A stretch of DNA of 64,000 bases. Origin: Haliotis cracherodii. Taxonomy: Eukaryota. Every line of letters starts with the position of its first letter. Position 1 is the first letter of the stretch. Position numbers and translations under genes: made by a program. The notes beneath the pieces were generated by a model. That model did not search any database and was not told the DNA's origin. It saw nothing but the letters and a program-made list of their open reading frames with translations. Positions 1 to 12,738 of the stretch are shown here, piece by piece. The stretch is taken from the NCBI RefSeq assembly GCF_022045235.1, contig NW_027266268.1:12400001-12464000 (forward strand). The letters are read 5' to 3'.

Positions 1-95
1 TTTCAGCACTACTGTCATTGTCATCTCTCATGTTGAAGATAACCATGATGACTGTTATTGTATGTTGTATTTCACTGTGTTGTACATATTATCTA

Positions 96-449
96 GGACC
101 ACCTCCGTGGTCTAATGGTAGAGCGTCTCCCCGGAGAGGGGAAGGTCCGGGCTTCATTTCCCAGCCGCGTCATACCAAAGGACGTTAAAAGATGGTACTT
201 GTTCTTACCCTGTCTGGCGTTTGGCATTAAGGGGCTAAAACAAGGACTGGTCGGCTCGGAGACAGTATACTGTGTCTGAGTGGGGTATTCATGTTAAACT
301 GCGGCATGGTATCTCAGTGTGCTAGCACTATAAATCGGCATCAGTCCGAACTAGTACAAGCAGCCACAAACAAACACACACATGTGCATGCATGTCGCTA
401 TATAAGTGCAGTAATCTTGGCTACGACGTTAAACCCAATTTCACCTCTC
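96..449 (+). mobile_element. tRNA-headed SINE, family A (Meta/MESC-domain-like), near full length
   Basis: A-box-like TGGTCTAATGG and degraded B box, then GTCATACCAAAGGACGTTAAAAGATGGTACTTG...GCTAGCACTATAAA body and GACGTTAAACCC/cacct tail. Homologous copies at 7790, 10809 and 37416. Meta-domain assignment is from recollection of the consensus. Confidence 0.8.
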
Positions 450-848
450 ATATCATCTAACATCATAGCTTTGTACATATTATTTTATGTCATAATGTTG
501 TACATGTTATCTAACATCATTATATAGCGTTCTGCATATTATTTTATGTCATAACGTTGCACATATTATCTTACATCATTTTGTTGTTCATATTATATTA
601 CAACATATTGTTGTTCATATTATCTTACATCCTGTTGTTGTATATATTGTCATATTTATTATTGTTGAACATATGATACATATTGTTGAACATATATATT
701 CATGTTATGAGATCAAACATACTTTTGAACACATCATTATGATCAAACACTGGTGTACACATATCATAATTAGTATGGTGGAACATTGTTGAATACATTA
801 TTATGATCAAACATTGCTGAACACATTGTGATCAAACATTGTTGAACC

Positions 849-952
849 TGAGTGGGTTAGATCGCTGACTTTGTGTGCTGGCTATTAGGTGCCTCACTCT
901 GACAGTGTGGGTTAGAATCCTAGACGGGAATCAACCCTAAAAAGTACTAGAA
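849..952 (+). mobile_element. tRNA-derived SINE head fragment (family F)
   Basis: GAGTGGGTTAGATCGCTGAC...GGGTTAGAATCC...CAACCCTAAAAAGTAC; homologous to 41408-41530. Confidence 0.55.
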
Positions 953-954
953 TC

Positions 955-1225
955 GAGGGGACCCCCATAATTCATTTTAAGGGTCCTTGTAGGCAGTATG
1001 GGGGTCCTGTAAAGTAACAAAACGATGTAGTGTACTGTATGTTTTGATAATTACTTTAGAGCCTCGAATGAATCAATGATCATGTGCATAGTGGTTATGA
1101 TTGATGTATGAAATAACACCAATAACTGCTCTTGATGCGCTGTAGGTACAGTGAATATTATTGTGGTCTCTCGTAATGCATTATATATTTTTTCTGCATC
1201 CATTCTCTCCATTTGTACGTAATGG
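955..1225. mobile_element. fragment of a non-autonomous DNA element related to 7842-8084
   Basis: Shares the GGGACCCC..ATAATT..AAGGG, GGGTCC.GTAAAGTAA and TATATATTTT.TCTGC.TCCAT blocks with 7842-8084. Confidence 0.5.
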
Positions 1226-1614
1226 ACGCACATTTGTGTGTCGTGTAAAACTCATGTTCATGATAGCGGCCATTTTAGATCAGCAGCTGACACAAAAGTT
1301 TAAACTGGGGGGATTCTGGGTAAGAATTGGTCCAAAGCAACTGATGCCTTTACCTAGGTGGCATCTTAATGGATTAGCTAGACATGACTGGGTTGATACC
1401 ATATCAATGTACCCTGACAGGGTGGATTGTTGATTATAATGTCAATACTGGCTTGTCTCCTCCAAACTCGATGACTTTCAGGCTGCTGTGATATAGCGGG
1501 AGTAGTGCTGAGTACGGGATTAATATCACGCAAATGTAACATTGCGGGGATGCACATTTTATAATGTTCTTTGAGCATATTCTATATCATGTATACAGTC
1601 ACATCTGATATATA

Positions 1615-1737
1615 CTACTCAAAAGAAGTTAAGGATCACATTATTCTTTCATATTACAATAATTAATCTCTCATGCCATGACAGATTAACATTTCCAATA
1701 TGAAAGAATCGGGTGATCCTTAACTTCTTTTGAGTAG
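1615..1737. mobile_element. short Tc1/mariner-type MITE
   Basis: Perfect 25-bp TIR CTACTCAAAAGAAGTTAAGGATCAC / GTGATCCTTAACTTCTTTTGAGTAG, flanked by TA on both sides. Confidence 0.85.
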
Positions 1738-2049
1738 TATACATCACAAGCAAAACTAGCTTGATTTTTCAGCAGTAATGAAGATAAAGTAATTACTGAA
1801 TTACTTCAGTGGTAAATATATCAAGAACTTCATAGTCCTGTTGAATATAGAGCGAAACGATCATGTTAATCAAGACATCAAGCTACTGGTTACAATCATC
1901 TGACTGTCAATGATAGCTTGTGTGTGAAAGTGTTTTTCATGTTTAAACGCTCTGGTTCAGTTTAGTTGATGTTTCAGTTTGGATGTTCAGTTTCAATGAT
2001 AGCCAGAAAGTGCTTAAATAAAGCAAGTAATGTCTGTGTTCACTATTGT

Positions 2050-2130
2050 AGTACCCGGGTCCTACTCAGTACCCACCCGACCCAAGTACCCACCCGACCC
2101 AAGTTACCCAAGTTACCCGTCCCAGCCCTA
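2050..2130. mobile_element. terminal fragment of a hAT-like MITE
   Basis: TACCC-rich subterminal repeats ending CGTCCCAGCCCTA; matches the right end of 24470-24858. Confidence 0.55.
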
Positions 2131-2709
2131 CTATTGGTTGTAATCTACAGTAAATAATTTGTAAGTGATTACATGGCATTTGACTGGCCAACCAAGAATA
2201 TCATTTATGCATTTAGGTTCCGTAAACAAACAAAACATTATGTCACACCTTAGGCCAGACTACTTATTTCTGACTGGCAGATAGTAGAATTGTTAGGACT
2301 TGTGTTGGATTATTGCGCTGAATGATGTCACTGATTTCGTATTGTTACAGTTTTGTTTGTGTTAAATAATTAAGTTAAATAAAATCATTTAGTTTTTTTA
2401 TTGACATATCTATTGATCAGAGGTGTAAGAAGTGACTTCAATATGTTTTTGTGTTAATGGATCAATAAATGTAAAAATATTGTGTGCACATTTTGCGTAA
2501 ATCCATCCTTTTCCAGACTTAGTTAAATTCTATACAGGCAGCTGTCATATGTCTGAGTGAGGCAGTAACTTACTGGACTCTGGCTTCAGAGTATTAGAGA
2601 AGGTTCCATCCTGCTCTGTGTCAACTTGTCTCAGACTCCTTCCATCGAGTTTTGTTATCTTCGTGACTTGGGTGATGTTCATTATGTGTTTTCACAAAAT
2701 GATAGTCTT

Positions 2710-2940
2710 GGTTTGTTTGCTTGTTTGTCTGTTTGTTGTTTAACGCCTCTATGATGGCGGTCTGTAAATAATCGAGTCAGACAATCCAGTGGTTGATATC
2801 ATGAGCATCGATCCACGCAGTTGAGATATGATGACATGCATCAACCAAGTCAGCAAGCCTGACCACCCAATACCTTTAGTCACCTCTTACAGCAAGCATT
2901 GGTTGCTAAAAGACCTATTCTACCCCATATCTTCACAGGT
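2710..2940 (-). mobile_element. SINE family D (no tRNA head), single-hairpin variant
   Basis: Reverse complement matches the family D copy at 43499-43766; (AAAC)n tail at about 2710-2740. Confidence 0.8.
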
Positions 2941-2945
2941 TAATA

Positions 2946-3227
2946 AGGGGTCACAGGCGGCCCAGTTGTCTAAGGTGCTGCGATTCATTGTGCAGAGATG
3001 CGTCCCCTGGGCACGCCAGAAACCTATGATTGTGGGTTCGAATCCCAGTGTGCCTCGATTCTGTTTCTAGGTTTGTCAGCACCATACCCGTGCTCATGGG
3101 TTTCACTGAAGTGGTAAACGTCTGAGACCCACATCATTTCAGGCTTTACTCCCACATTAAGCTGACATGTCGTGATATAACTGTAATACTGTTTAAAGCG
3201 GCGTTAAAACTCAACCCACTCACTCAC
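2946..3227 (+). mobile_element. SINE family C (tRNA-Leu-like head, V-domain-like core), full length
   Basis: A box GGCCCAGTTGTCTAAGG, B box GGTTCGAATCC, (ACTC)n tail; 13-bp TSD TCACAGGTTAATA at 2933-2945 and 3228-3240. Confidence 0.9.
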
Positions 3228-3890
3228 TCACAGGTTAATAGTGTTGGCATCATTGTCACTGGTTGATATTAAAACCTGTTGCTGATGTCTTGCCACCAGT
3301 CCAAGAACAATTGCAATGCACTGATCGTCAGATCAATCTTTCCTGACACTTTTGATCAAAACATGCCTCAATCTCAAATCTCAAATCTGCATATATTGTT
3401 TACAATCGACCAGAAACTGATGAAACCTGGGACAAAAAAAAATAAAACTTGAAACTACTCTGATTGATTTGGTCTGTTTATAGCAAGTCTAATATGTAAA
3501 TAGCAGAATCAGTGTCGAAACATTGATGTCATTGTCATGAAGGGATATCAGTATCGATCTGTCAACATGTGCAAAGCTCGCATCAATTAAACCTTTCTTC
3601 ACAGATTTATTATCTGCTGACAGGCAATCAACACTTTGTGTTGTGTACTGGGGACATAGGGCTGGGTGTAATTAATTAATAACCCGGAGGCCTCTAAAGT
3701 AATTATTGCACAGATCTAGTCCGATAAATAACTCATGATGTTCATAAGGTGGTTATACTTGTATTGATTTTATCGCAAGATGGGACCTGAGGAGATTGAG
3801 GAGTGTCAGTCATCTTTTTTGCAAATGTAGTGGGGAGTGGAGTCATCCTACAGATGACATCCTTACCTTGTCAGCTTACTGATGGGGTTA

Positions 3891-3962
3891 ACCTCTGTGG
3901 TCATGTGGACAAGGCGTCCTACTTCTGATCAGAATATCCGTGGTTCGAATCCCATCCCGGGA
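3891..3962 (+). pseudogene. tRNA-Arg-like pseudogene or solitary SINE head
   Basis: GTGGTCATGTGGACAAGGCGTCCTACTTCTGATCAGAA...GGTTCGAATCCC resembles eukaryotic tRNA-Arg; acceptor and anticodon stems pair poorly. Confidence 0.5.
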
Positions 3963-4139
3963 CTCGGAAATTTTATTGCCGCTGCACAAATATGGAATTA
4001 GTGAATGGTGTTTTATGCCACACCAGCAACATATAATTGTAGCCGTGAACAACATGGCCTCAAGCCTCAGTTCTTCATGCTGAATTGGTACTATGGGGTA
4101 GATTAGTTCTAGCCTAGTTTGAAAATTGTTGTTCATTCC

Positions 4140-4337
4140 AGATAGTGCCAGAAACCTGGGATCATAGGTCCCAGTCCTGATTTCTATTTCTTGGTTTGTC
4201 AGCAGCATACCCATGCTCGTGGGTTTCACCAAAGCTTTTAACATCGGAGACCTGCATCACATCAGTGTTTTCTCATCATGCCATGACAAAACTGGAATTC
4301 TGTTCAAAACTCACTCACTCACTCACTCACTCACTCA
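4140..4337 (+). mobile_element. SINE family C, degraded and 5'-truncated
   Basis: GCCAGAAACCT...TTTGTCAGCAGCATACCCATGCTCGTGGGTTTCACC...(ACTC)n tail. Confidence 0.7.
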
Positions 4338-4516
4338 TGCCAGTTACCTCTGTTTCTACCACATCTGATGATATCAGTACTCAAAAATGTTGTCAAAAAC
4401 TATGAAATGTGACAGTCCTAAAGATTTTTTTTGCATATTTGTAAATAAGTTTGTTTTAAACTGCTGTTTTCATCCATTGACCTACATTTAACTTTGACTC
4501 TATTTTTCACTAGACT

Positions 4517-4718
4517 TGAGATGAGATCATGTAATGACAATATGAGATCATGTGATGCCCATATGAGATCATGTGATGCCCATATGAGATCATGTGATGA
4601 CCATATGAGATCAAGTGATGCCCATATGAGATCATATGATGCCCATATTAGATCATGTGATGACCATATGAGATCATGTGATGCCCATATGAGATCATGT
4701 GATGACCATATTAGATCA
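4517..4718. repeat. 21-bp minisatellite, about 9-10 copies
   Basis: Unit ATATGAGATCATGTGATGCCC; accounts for the MRSCDAH repeat ORF. Confidence 0.95.
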
Positions 4719-5477
4719 AACCAAATATGGAACCAGTTATAACTATCAACATGTGACAGGGACCATTTGAGAATACCGACTGTTGACTGCTGACCATCAC
4801 ATGCAATTCTTGAAGAATCATTGTTTGGTGATACTGATTTATTTACCCTACATTACATGTTACCAAGCACTGCCGTTCGCAGACATGTTGATGTTTTATT
4901 AGAAAAATGTAACTATTTATAGATCAACAGGCTAATCCAATGTATTGTGACAACATAAGAAATGATACAAATTTGATATCAGATTTAAGATTCAGAAGAT
5001 ACCTTCAAGGTGTTATGTTTACATGAACTTGGCTATTTTACTTATGGTTATGAATGTGTGTTTGCTACCACAAATACTCACGTTATTTAAATACATGCTC
5101 TGTGGTGCATAAGCCATCTTTTTCATAGACAGGACGGTCACTTAATAGCTGGCACACTGACGATTTACAGTGTCAAGCATGGCACAATAGATGATTTATT
5201 TACATTTTTACTGCAAGTTTTCACTACTAATTAATGTACGTTTGGTGTAGCAGTTATTTAAGGTAAGAATCAATATTTTATATTTTTTGTGCAACTATGA
5301 TCGATACTTGTATCGAGAAGTAAAAACATTGTGATCCAAAGATGTATCGGTGTATCATCCCTCTACTACTCAAAGGGACAAACAATCAACTCACGCAAAT
5401 AGCCCAACGGATGTAAACATGGTCACTTTGAATCAATTGAATTCAACAGCCCTGTGGTCTCAGGCACTGTACTTAAT

Positions 5478-6565
5478 TGTGCAGAAATACATCCCATGTT
5501 AGCCAGAATCCCTGATAACTGTGCAGAGTTACATCCCATGTTAGCCAGAATCCCTGATAACTGTGCAGAGTTACATCCCATGTTAGCCAGAATCCCTGAT
5601 AACTGTGCAGAGTTACATCCCATGTTAGCCAGAATCCCTGATAACTGTGCAGAGTTACATCCCATGTTAGCCAGAATCCCTGATAACTGTGCAGAGTTAC
5701 ATCCCTTGTTAGCCAGAATCCCTGATAACTATGCAGAGTTACATCCCATGTTAGCCAGAATCCCTGATAACTGTGCAGAGTTACATCCCATGTTAGCCAG
5801 AATCCCTGATAACTGTGCAGAGTTACATCCCATGTTAGCCAGAATCCCTGATAACTGTGCAGAGTTACATCCCTTGTTAGCCAGAATCCCTGATAACTGT
5901 GCAGAGTTACATCCCATGTTAGCCAGAATCCCTGATAACTGTGCAGAGTTACATCCCATGTTAGCCAGAATCCCTGATAACTGTGCAGAGTTACATCTCA
6001 TGTTAGCCAGAATCCCTGATAACTGTGCAGAGTTACATCCCATTTTAGCCAGAATCCCTGATAACTGTGCAGAGTTACATCCCTTGTTAGCCAGAATCCC
6101 TGATAACTGTGCAGAGGTACATCCCTTGTTAGCCAGAATCCCTGATAACTATGCAGAGTTACATCCCATGTTAGCCAGAATCCCTGATAACTGTGCAGAG
6201 TTACATCCCATGTTAGCCAGAATCCCTGATAACTGTGCAGAGTTACATCCCATGTTAGCCAGAATCCCTGATAACTGTGCAGAGTTACATCCCTTGTTAG
6301 CCAGAATCCCTGATAACTATGCAGAGTTACATCCCATGTTAGCCAGAATCCCTGATAACTGTGCAGAGTTACATCCCATGTTAGCCAGAATCCCTGATAA
6401 CTGTGCAGAGTTACATCCCATGTTAGCCAGAATCCCTGATAACTGTGCAGAGTTACATCCCATTTTAGCCAGAATCCCTGATAACTGTGCAGAGTTACAT
6501 CCCTTGTTAGCCAGAATCCCTGATAACTGTGCAGAGGTACATCCCTTGTGAGCCAGAGTCTCTGA
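5478..6565. repeat. 42-bp minisatellite, about 26 copies, embedded in a degraded family C SINE
   Basis: Unit TGTGCAGAGTTACATCCCATGTTAGCCAGAATCCCTGATAAC; flanks at 5450-5490 and 6565-6735 resemble the SINE C head and body. Confidence 0.95.
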
Positions 6566-7789
6566 TCTGGAACTTGAATCTCTGATTTACTTCAATTATG
6601 ATCTGTCAATCTTGGTCTGTCAGCATACCCATGGGATTCAAAGATTGCATCACTTCAACCTTGACCTTCCACATTAGGCTGGCACACCATTTGTGAGATA
6701 TTGTTGAATTCATTGTTAAGCAGGACACTCAATCCATGGCCTGAGAGCAGAAGTAATCAGATGTGTTCCTGCGTGTGATGTGTGTGCCAGGTGGGCCGGA
6801 CAGTCGGTGGTCGAGAGTGGCTACGTAATTAGCTTCACCTCGTTACTCTATCAGAAGCAGACCTTTCACAGAATCCCAGGAGAAATCAAAGTAAGATTGC
6901 TTGCCATTTTAATGTCAGCCCTGAATACTCCAGCGCATAAAAAACGACATTGGAGCAGGATGTAGATCGGGCATTGAAACTGAAAAAAAAAGTAAAAACA
7001 CTTTTGCAAAGGCTAATTTACCTTTACTTAATTATATAGGTATGACTTAACAAGACCAAGTAACCAGTTTTTACTTGGATAGTTTTAGAGAAAGGCAAAA
7101 ATGTAAAAACTTGTAGCCAGTTTTCACTTGGATAATTTTAGAGAAAGGCAAACATTTTAAAAATTGTGTTACCATGGTTACTCACAGGTTACAACTTGAG
7201 TTATTAATCATTCCAATTACGGCCAAAGTGTAATGGGTGGGCCTCATCTTAAAAATGTTAAATTTGTCCGTGTATTAGCTACTTTGTCATATTTCGTTCA
7301 GGGATTGATCCACACATGGGAAGAATACCAGAAGCTCATTGTTGATGTCCCTGACTATGATAGTTTGGAATGTAGCTAAAGGAGTGTGAAACCACCATTC
7401 GCTCAAAATAATGATTCTAAGGGGCATGGCATTTCTTTCATGATATTCTTGACACATCATCTTGTGATCTGTTTTTCCTTTAAGACAATTATTACGTTGT
7501 TATGTCAGAATTCACATCAATCTTTCATTGTATAGCAGCTGGATTTATTTTTTTAAAACAGTTTTTTATCTTTTGTCTGTGCTGTAAATTTCATGATAAT
7601 GCTGATTCTGCTGCGAGGTGTTATTCTTGAGGTGGGATGAATAATTCACTAATCCCTTAGAGACAAGAAATGAGAAACTATCCAATTTCAGAACTTGTTG
7701 AACTGAGGCACGCCACTGTGTAGATCATGAGACGACTGTTATGTCTTGTGTTTTTGCCCTTCCGTTGTTCTTCTGACACTCTCCTGCCT

Positions 7790-8190
7790 GGAGCTTGGCA
7801 TCAAGGGATTAAACAAGGACTGGTCGTCTCCAAGTATACTGCAGGTCCAGTATACTAGTTGTCCCCCCCCGGGACCCCAAATAATTTATTTCAAGGGCCA
7901 GATCAGGAAATATGAGGGTCCAGTAAAGTAATGAGATGTTGTAGTGAACTGTACTGTAAGATTTGATAATTGTCAAGAATTTGTTATAATGAATCTTATT
8001 GTGCGTCCCTCGGGAAGCAATATATATTTTATCTGCGTCCATGCTATACATTTGTGTATTTTGGATGCACAGGTGTAAACCCTGATGCTGGGGGTATCTC
8101 ACTTACTGAGGCTAGCACTATAAAACTGGCATTAGTCTGGACTAGTACAAGCAGACAGCACACACGCATGTAGATAACACGCAAACACAC
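7790..8190 (+). mobile_element. SINE family A fragment interrupted by a CAGG...CCTG DNA element (7842-8084)
   Basis: AAACAAGGACTGGTCG..AGTATACTG precedes the insert and GGGGTATCTC..GCTAGCACTATAAA..CTAGTACAAGCAG follows it. Confidence 0.7.
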
Positions 8191-8376
8191 TTTAATGCAA
8201 GGTGAGATAATATCATGGCATATGGAAGGTCTTTTTAAGGGTAAAGTAGGGATTTTGGTTAGTACAGCTTTACAGTATTTCAGTCAGATAACAGCATCCC
8301 GGGTATGGAAGGAAAGCCTCAGATACAAGAACTGTGTACATCAAGACTAATCCGTATGAAATATGGTTAAAGGATG

Positions 8377-9234
8377 ATTCTACCATGAATTTGGAATTTA
8401 CTCGATTCTGATTGGTCAATCAGAGGCTATTAAATCACAATAAACCCCCTCTGATTGAAACAGCTGGTTTGACGTCTGCAGCACCGCGGAAGCTAATATT
8501 CATAGAATAGTACTATTTTCAGTCATTGTCAGTAGGCATATTTAAATAATTATATCTACAATTACAGGTTACAAAATGCACAGATGAGGCTACTACAATA
8601 TTCAAAGGATGTGTGGCAATACATTTCATGAAGAAAAACACAACAGAAATCAACAAAGGGAATGTATTTACGTTTTGGAGACAACAGAGAGCTTGGAATT
8701 TTGGCGCTTTTCTATGTACGACTGTGACGTCATATCTTTTGCGCCACAATGAGCGATATGACGTCATAATGGTGACGTGCGATGTAGAGCGAAAGCCTTG
8801 CAAAGTTTGCTTTGTTTTCTTTAGGGATGCCCACCTCATGTTAGCTTACCAAGTTGCCATGCTTATATGCTTTCAATGCCTGTCATATGTTCGAGTGAAG
8901 TATAACGGTGTAAACAAACTCTTGAGTATATACAGCACCATATTTTGTTCAGTGATTCCGTAATTTAGATTGATAACCAACTCAAAACACTGGACTCAAC
9001 CCATGTCACTTCACTCAGTATATTTGCTTGCACCAAAGAGTTCGCGTTTTTTTTAGTCATGGTAGAATGGAGATAAACATACTGTGTTTTCAATGAAGAG
9101 CTAGATTACCTGTAGATTTAACTGCGCTATATTTAACATTTGAAACCTCACCCCTTCGGTTCCAAATTCAATTTAGCGGGGTTAAATTTACAGGTAACCT
9201 AGCTCTACATTGAAAACACAGTATGTTTATCTCC
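8377..9234. mobile_element. non-autonomous element with a 12-bp inverted repeat and a long terminal palindrome
   Basis: ATTCTACCATGA (8377-8388) / TCATGGTAGAAT (9057-9068), followed directly by 61-bp inverted arms at 9069-9129 and 9174-9234 with 5 mismatches. Confidence 0.7.
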
Positions 9235-10808
9235 TTATTGAATCATTGATGAATTTTTTTAGGCTTGTTTTGAGTCATTTGCTTTTGATGTAATCATGGT
9301 AAATCATGTCTTAGAAGTCAACTGACAATAGGGTCATGGGTTGCCCAGTCATAGTAGGACCTGCAGTACACAGCACATAGTTGCTACCCTTAGGTGTGCC
9401 AGGATCCTGGGTTCAAATACAAGATTTCCCATATTGGTCCCAGCTTGAAACCAAACTTGTTTGGTCCCTGTGAGGATTTCAGGCGATCCTTAGCATTAAA
9501 CCTTATATATATGAGGAGAATGGATTGGGTGGTGATGCTTGGTAGCTGGGTTTATAGGCCGTCAACAAACTTGCTGGATTTTCCAGTCTGACTTGTAAAT
9601 TGGATCGAGGTTGGAAGTGAAACCATATACAATGTAGTCCTTCATCCATACATCATTATTTTGTAGTTAGGTCAATCATTTGCTAGACTGTTATTGATTA
9701 TCATACCCCAATGGGACAAGAAAGACAAATGATGCTGTCTTACGATATAATAGACAAAACCATGGCAATTTGAATATTGTTAATGAGGGTAGTCTGTGTA
9801 ATATACATAAACACATTTCATTGACATTGACATATCATACTTGTTGGTTTATTCAGGTCAAAAGAGAAATATCAGGTACAGCACTATGTCGCACTATGCT
9901 TTATCACAGTTTCAGACTGACGTCAATCACTGGTCTTTGACCGATAAAATTTCAATTTGACTGATGGTTTGTTTAAGTAGTCGGACTTTTAACCGAACAA
10001 ATGCTAAGCAAGACGTCACATGTTTCATAATTTCATAAATAAAATGTAAATAGTAATTATTAGTCCTCCTCACAGTATCAATATAATAAAACATACACAG
10101 CCATCCAAAATCGTAATTGAAATTCTGAGCAGCGAGTCTTTGCATCATACTTTCTTTATCATAGGGAAACACTGTCAGGAGCTATAGTGACTGAGTCAAG
10201 TGCATTTCTTATCGCGAAGGTCATGGCCAGGTCATATATATTCATTCGATCAAAAACGTTATTGCATTGATTTGTTGTTATGGTTCATCCTCCATTTTTG
10301 TGGATTTGACTTATTGACATTTGCGATTGACTTATTACATTTCTTGGGTCCAAGTCATGGTCCTATATATATATACTGTTTTTTTCTGTCTAAATCACTG
10401 TTAAAGCATCTGTCTCACCGCTGTCTGTGTTTGGGCCACAGAATCAACAAGCAGTAATTACTGGACTAATTCCTTGTCAGACGGATCCTTGTTTGTGTGA
10501 TCTGTCTCTGGCGTATCAACAAAGATTGCATTCAGAAGACGGTGGCAGTAATTCCCAAAATGACTTTACAATTTGGTGGTCTTCTATGTGTGACACGGCC
10601 CTCTGTATAGGGCACACGGCACAAACCAGGTGAAGTTAGGCAACGGTGGTCGCTGAGAGGTCTTGTAATAGTGATGTGTTTGGCAGACTCTTGAGATTTG
10701 CTTGGGCTTCAGTCCTGCCCCACACTGTAGCACATGTTTGGTAGTAAATTCAGAGGTGAGCAGGATGAAAATCTTGTGTAATTAATTCTCTATGGCCTTA
10801 TGGAAACA

Positions 10809-11082
10809 GACTGCCTCTGTGGTCTAGTGGTAGAGCGTCCTATCGGAGAGCAGAAGGTCAGGGGTTTGATCCCTGGCCGTGTTAGTAACCTAAAGACGTT
10901 AAAAGTATGGTACTTGTTGTTACCCAGCCTGTCGCTCAGTATTAACGAGCTAAAACAAGGACTGGTCGGCTTTTAGTCAGTATACTGTGTCTGAGGGGGG
11001 TATTCATGTCAAGCTGCGGCCTGGTATCTCTGAGTGGGCAAGCACTGTTAAATCGGCATTAGTCCCATTTCACCTCACCTCG
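10809..11082 (+). mobile_element. SINE family A
   Basis: A box TGGTCTAGTGG, B-box-like GGTTTGATCCC, body homologous to 96-449, (CACCT)n tail. Confidence 0.85.
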
Positions 11083-11811
11083 CTAATGGGTAAACATCTA
11101 AGACCAGCATGATGCCATCACTTCAGGCTCTCATCAAACATAAAGCTGACATGCTGTAATACAGTTGAAACCTACTCTCCCACCCCTTTACCCAACCAAG
11201 TACACATGATAACTTTTCTAACACCAACAGTCGAAAAGAAGCATGAAAGGCACACAGTCCTCATGAAACCCATTGTTAAAAGTTAAATATCCCCAGGTCC
11301 CCAGACTCAAATTCTTCTGCAGCAAATTTCTTAGACCCCCTTAATTTTGAACACTGCAGTACCATCAACATCCATCAGACTAGACTACAATGGTGAAGAC
11401 CTTGAAACAGACAATGCCAGCACTGTAGCCTGTAGTATGATGTGAGCAGTGGGAAGCGAGGTAGTAGGTCTGACATTACCACCAGTATCAGTTACCTCTG
11501 GGAGGAACAGGCTGCAAGTACACGCAGATGTCAAGAACAATCACACCCACAGAAGCAGCCAGCGCTCCCAGTCTAAGTGGTGACTAACCTGGCAGTGGTA
11601 TCATTGACTACCTCACCACTATTTCCTGGAGGAACTATACCTGATACTCATGGATCTTCGATACAGGTTTGTTGTGTATTACCAATCTTGGTTATTTGGT
11701 ATGTTCTGTTAGTTTGTGGACTGGTTAGTTAGTTCTTGAGCACTACTACAGCCTCTAGTAGTGCTGGTACCGTTCAGACTCACTACAGGACCGTTCTGGG
11801 AGGAATACATA

Positions 11812-12181
11812 CCGTATTCGACGTAATAAGTGCCCAGGGCGCTCTCAAAATTAAAAATAGGGGGCCCTTATTAGAATATTATTTTGTTGAAAAAAAACTG
11901 AGTTAAAAGATTGTAAATTTCCTGGTTTATGCTGACAGCCTGAAATGATACAAAAGAAAAGTCTGTCCGTATTATACACGACAGATATATTTTCCAGAAT
12001 TAAATTGCCCATAATTAAGGGTGCATATAACACACGAGTGCGCATTATACACAAATAAATATGTCTTGTGTACATTGATCAATCGGAAGAGGTGCTAATT
12101 GGGATTGTTATTTAGCCATTATATTAGCAAATATTGCTATGGGCTCTTATTAGAGCGGGGTGCTTATTACGTCAAATACGG
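11812..12181. mobile_element. pogo/mariner-type MITE, family E
   Basis: TIRs CCGTATTCGACGTAATAAGTGCCC / GGGTGCTTATTACGTCAAATACGG with TA TSD; opposite orientation to 45952-46296. Confidence 0.9.
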
Positions 12182-12738
12182 TAATCCCTGTGGATCTTTG
12201 ATACAGGTCTGTTGGGTATTTAGTGAATTCTTTACAGATTTGACTTATATTATTGAGTTAACTGGTTATTTATTTGTGTTTGGTTTGAGGGACTTGGTTT
12301 TTGTGACAAACTGCAGTTGTATTTTTAGTAGGGGCAATAATATTGGCAGTATGTGGAATTAGATGGCTATTGATTACTTGGTGTATCAAGTTGAAGTAAT
12401 TACTTGTTGACATGAAATGTCCTGGCATTTGGAGATGTAGATGTAAACAGTTCTCGTACTGGATCGATGTTTGGACATGTTTGTAGGGTTTGGACTACTT
12501 TTGTAATGTCCGTTCTGGATTATTCTGCAAGTCTGATATAATTGTCATTGGAGTGGTTACTGAATCATCATTTTGACTGTTTGCTATATGCCTGGTTGTG
12601 TTTGAATACTCTCTGCGTCCGTAAATTTGTGTTCCATTTCTGTCACTGATTTCATGTTCTTGCAATATATATGTTCTTCAATTTTTAATGTTAGTTGAGT
12701 GACATCGGCAGTATATAAATATTATATTATGATTATTT

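Noticed and set aside
5454-6551. 365-aa ORF of 14-aa repeats (CAELHPMLARIPDN) as a novel repetitive protein
   Set aside because: It is the translation of a 42-bp SINE-derived minisatellite. It starts at GTG, has no unique domain, and stays open simply because the unit is a multiple of 3 with no stop in that frame.
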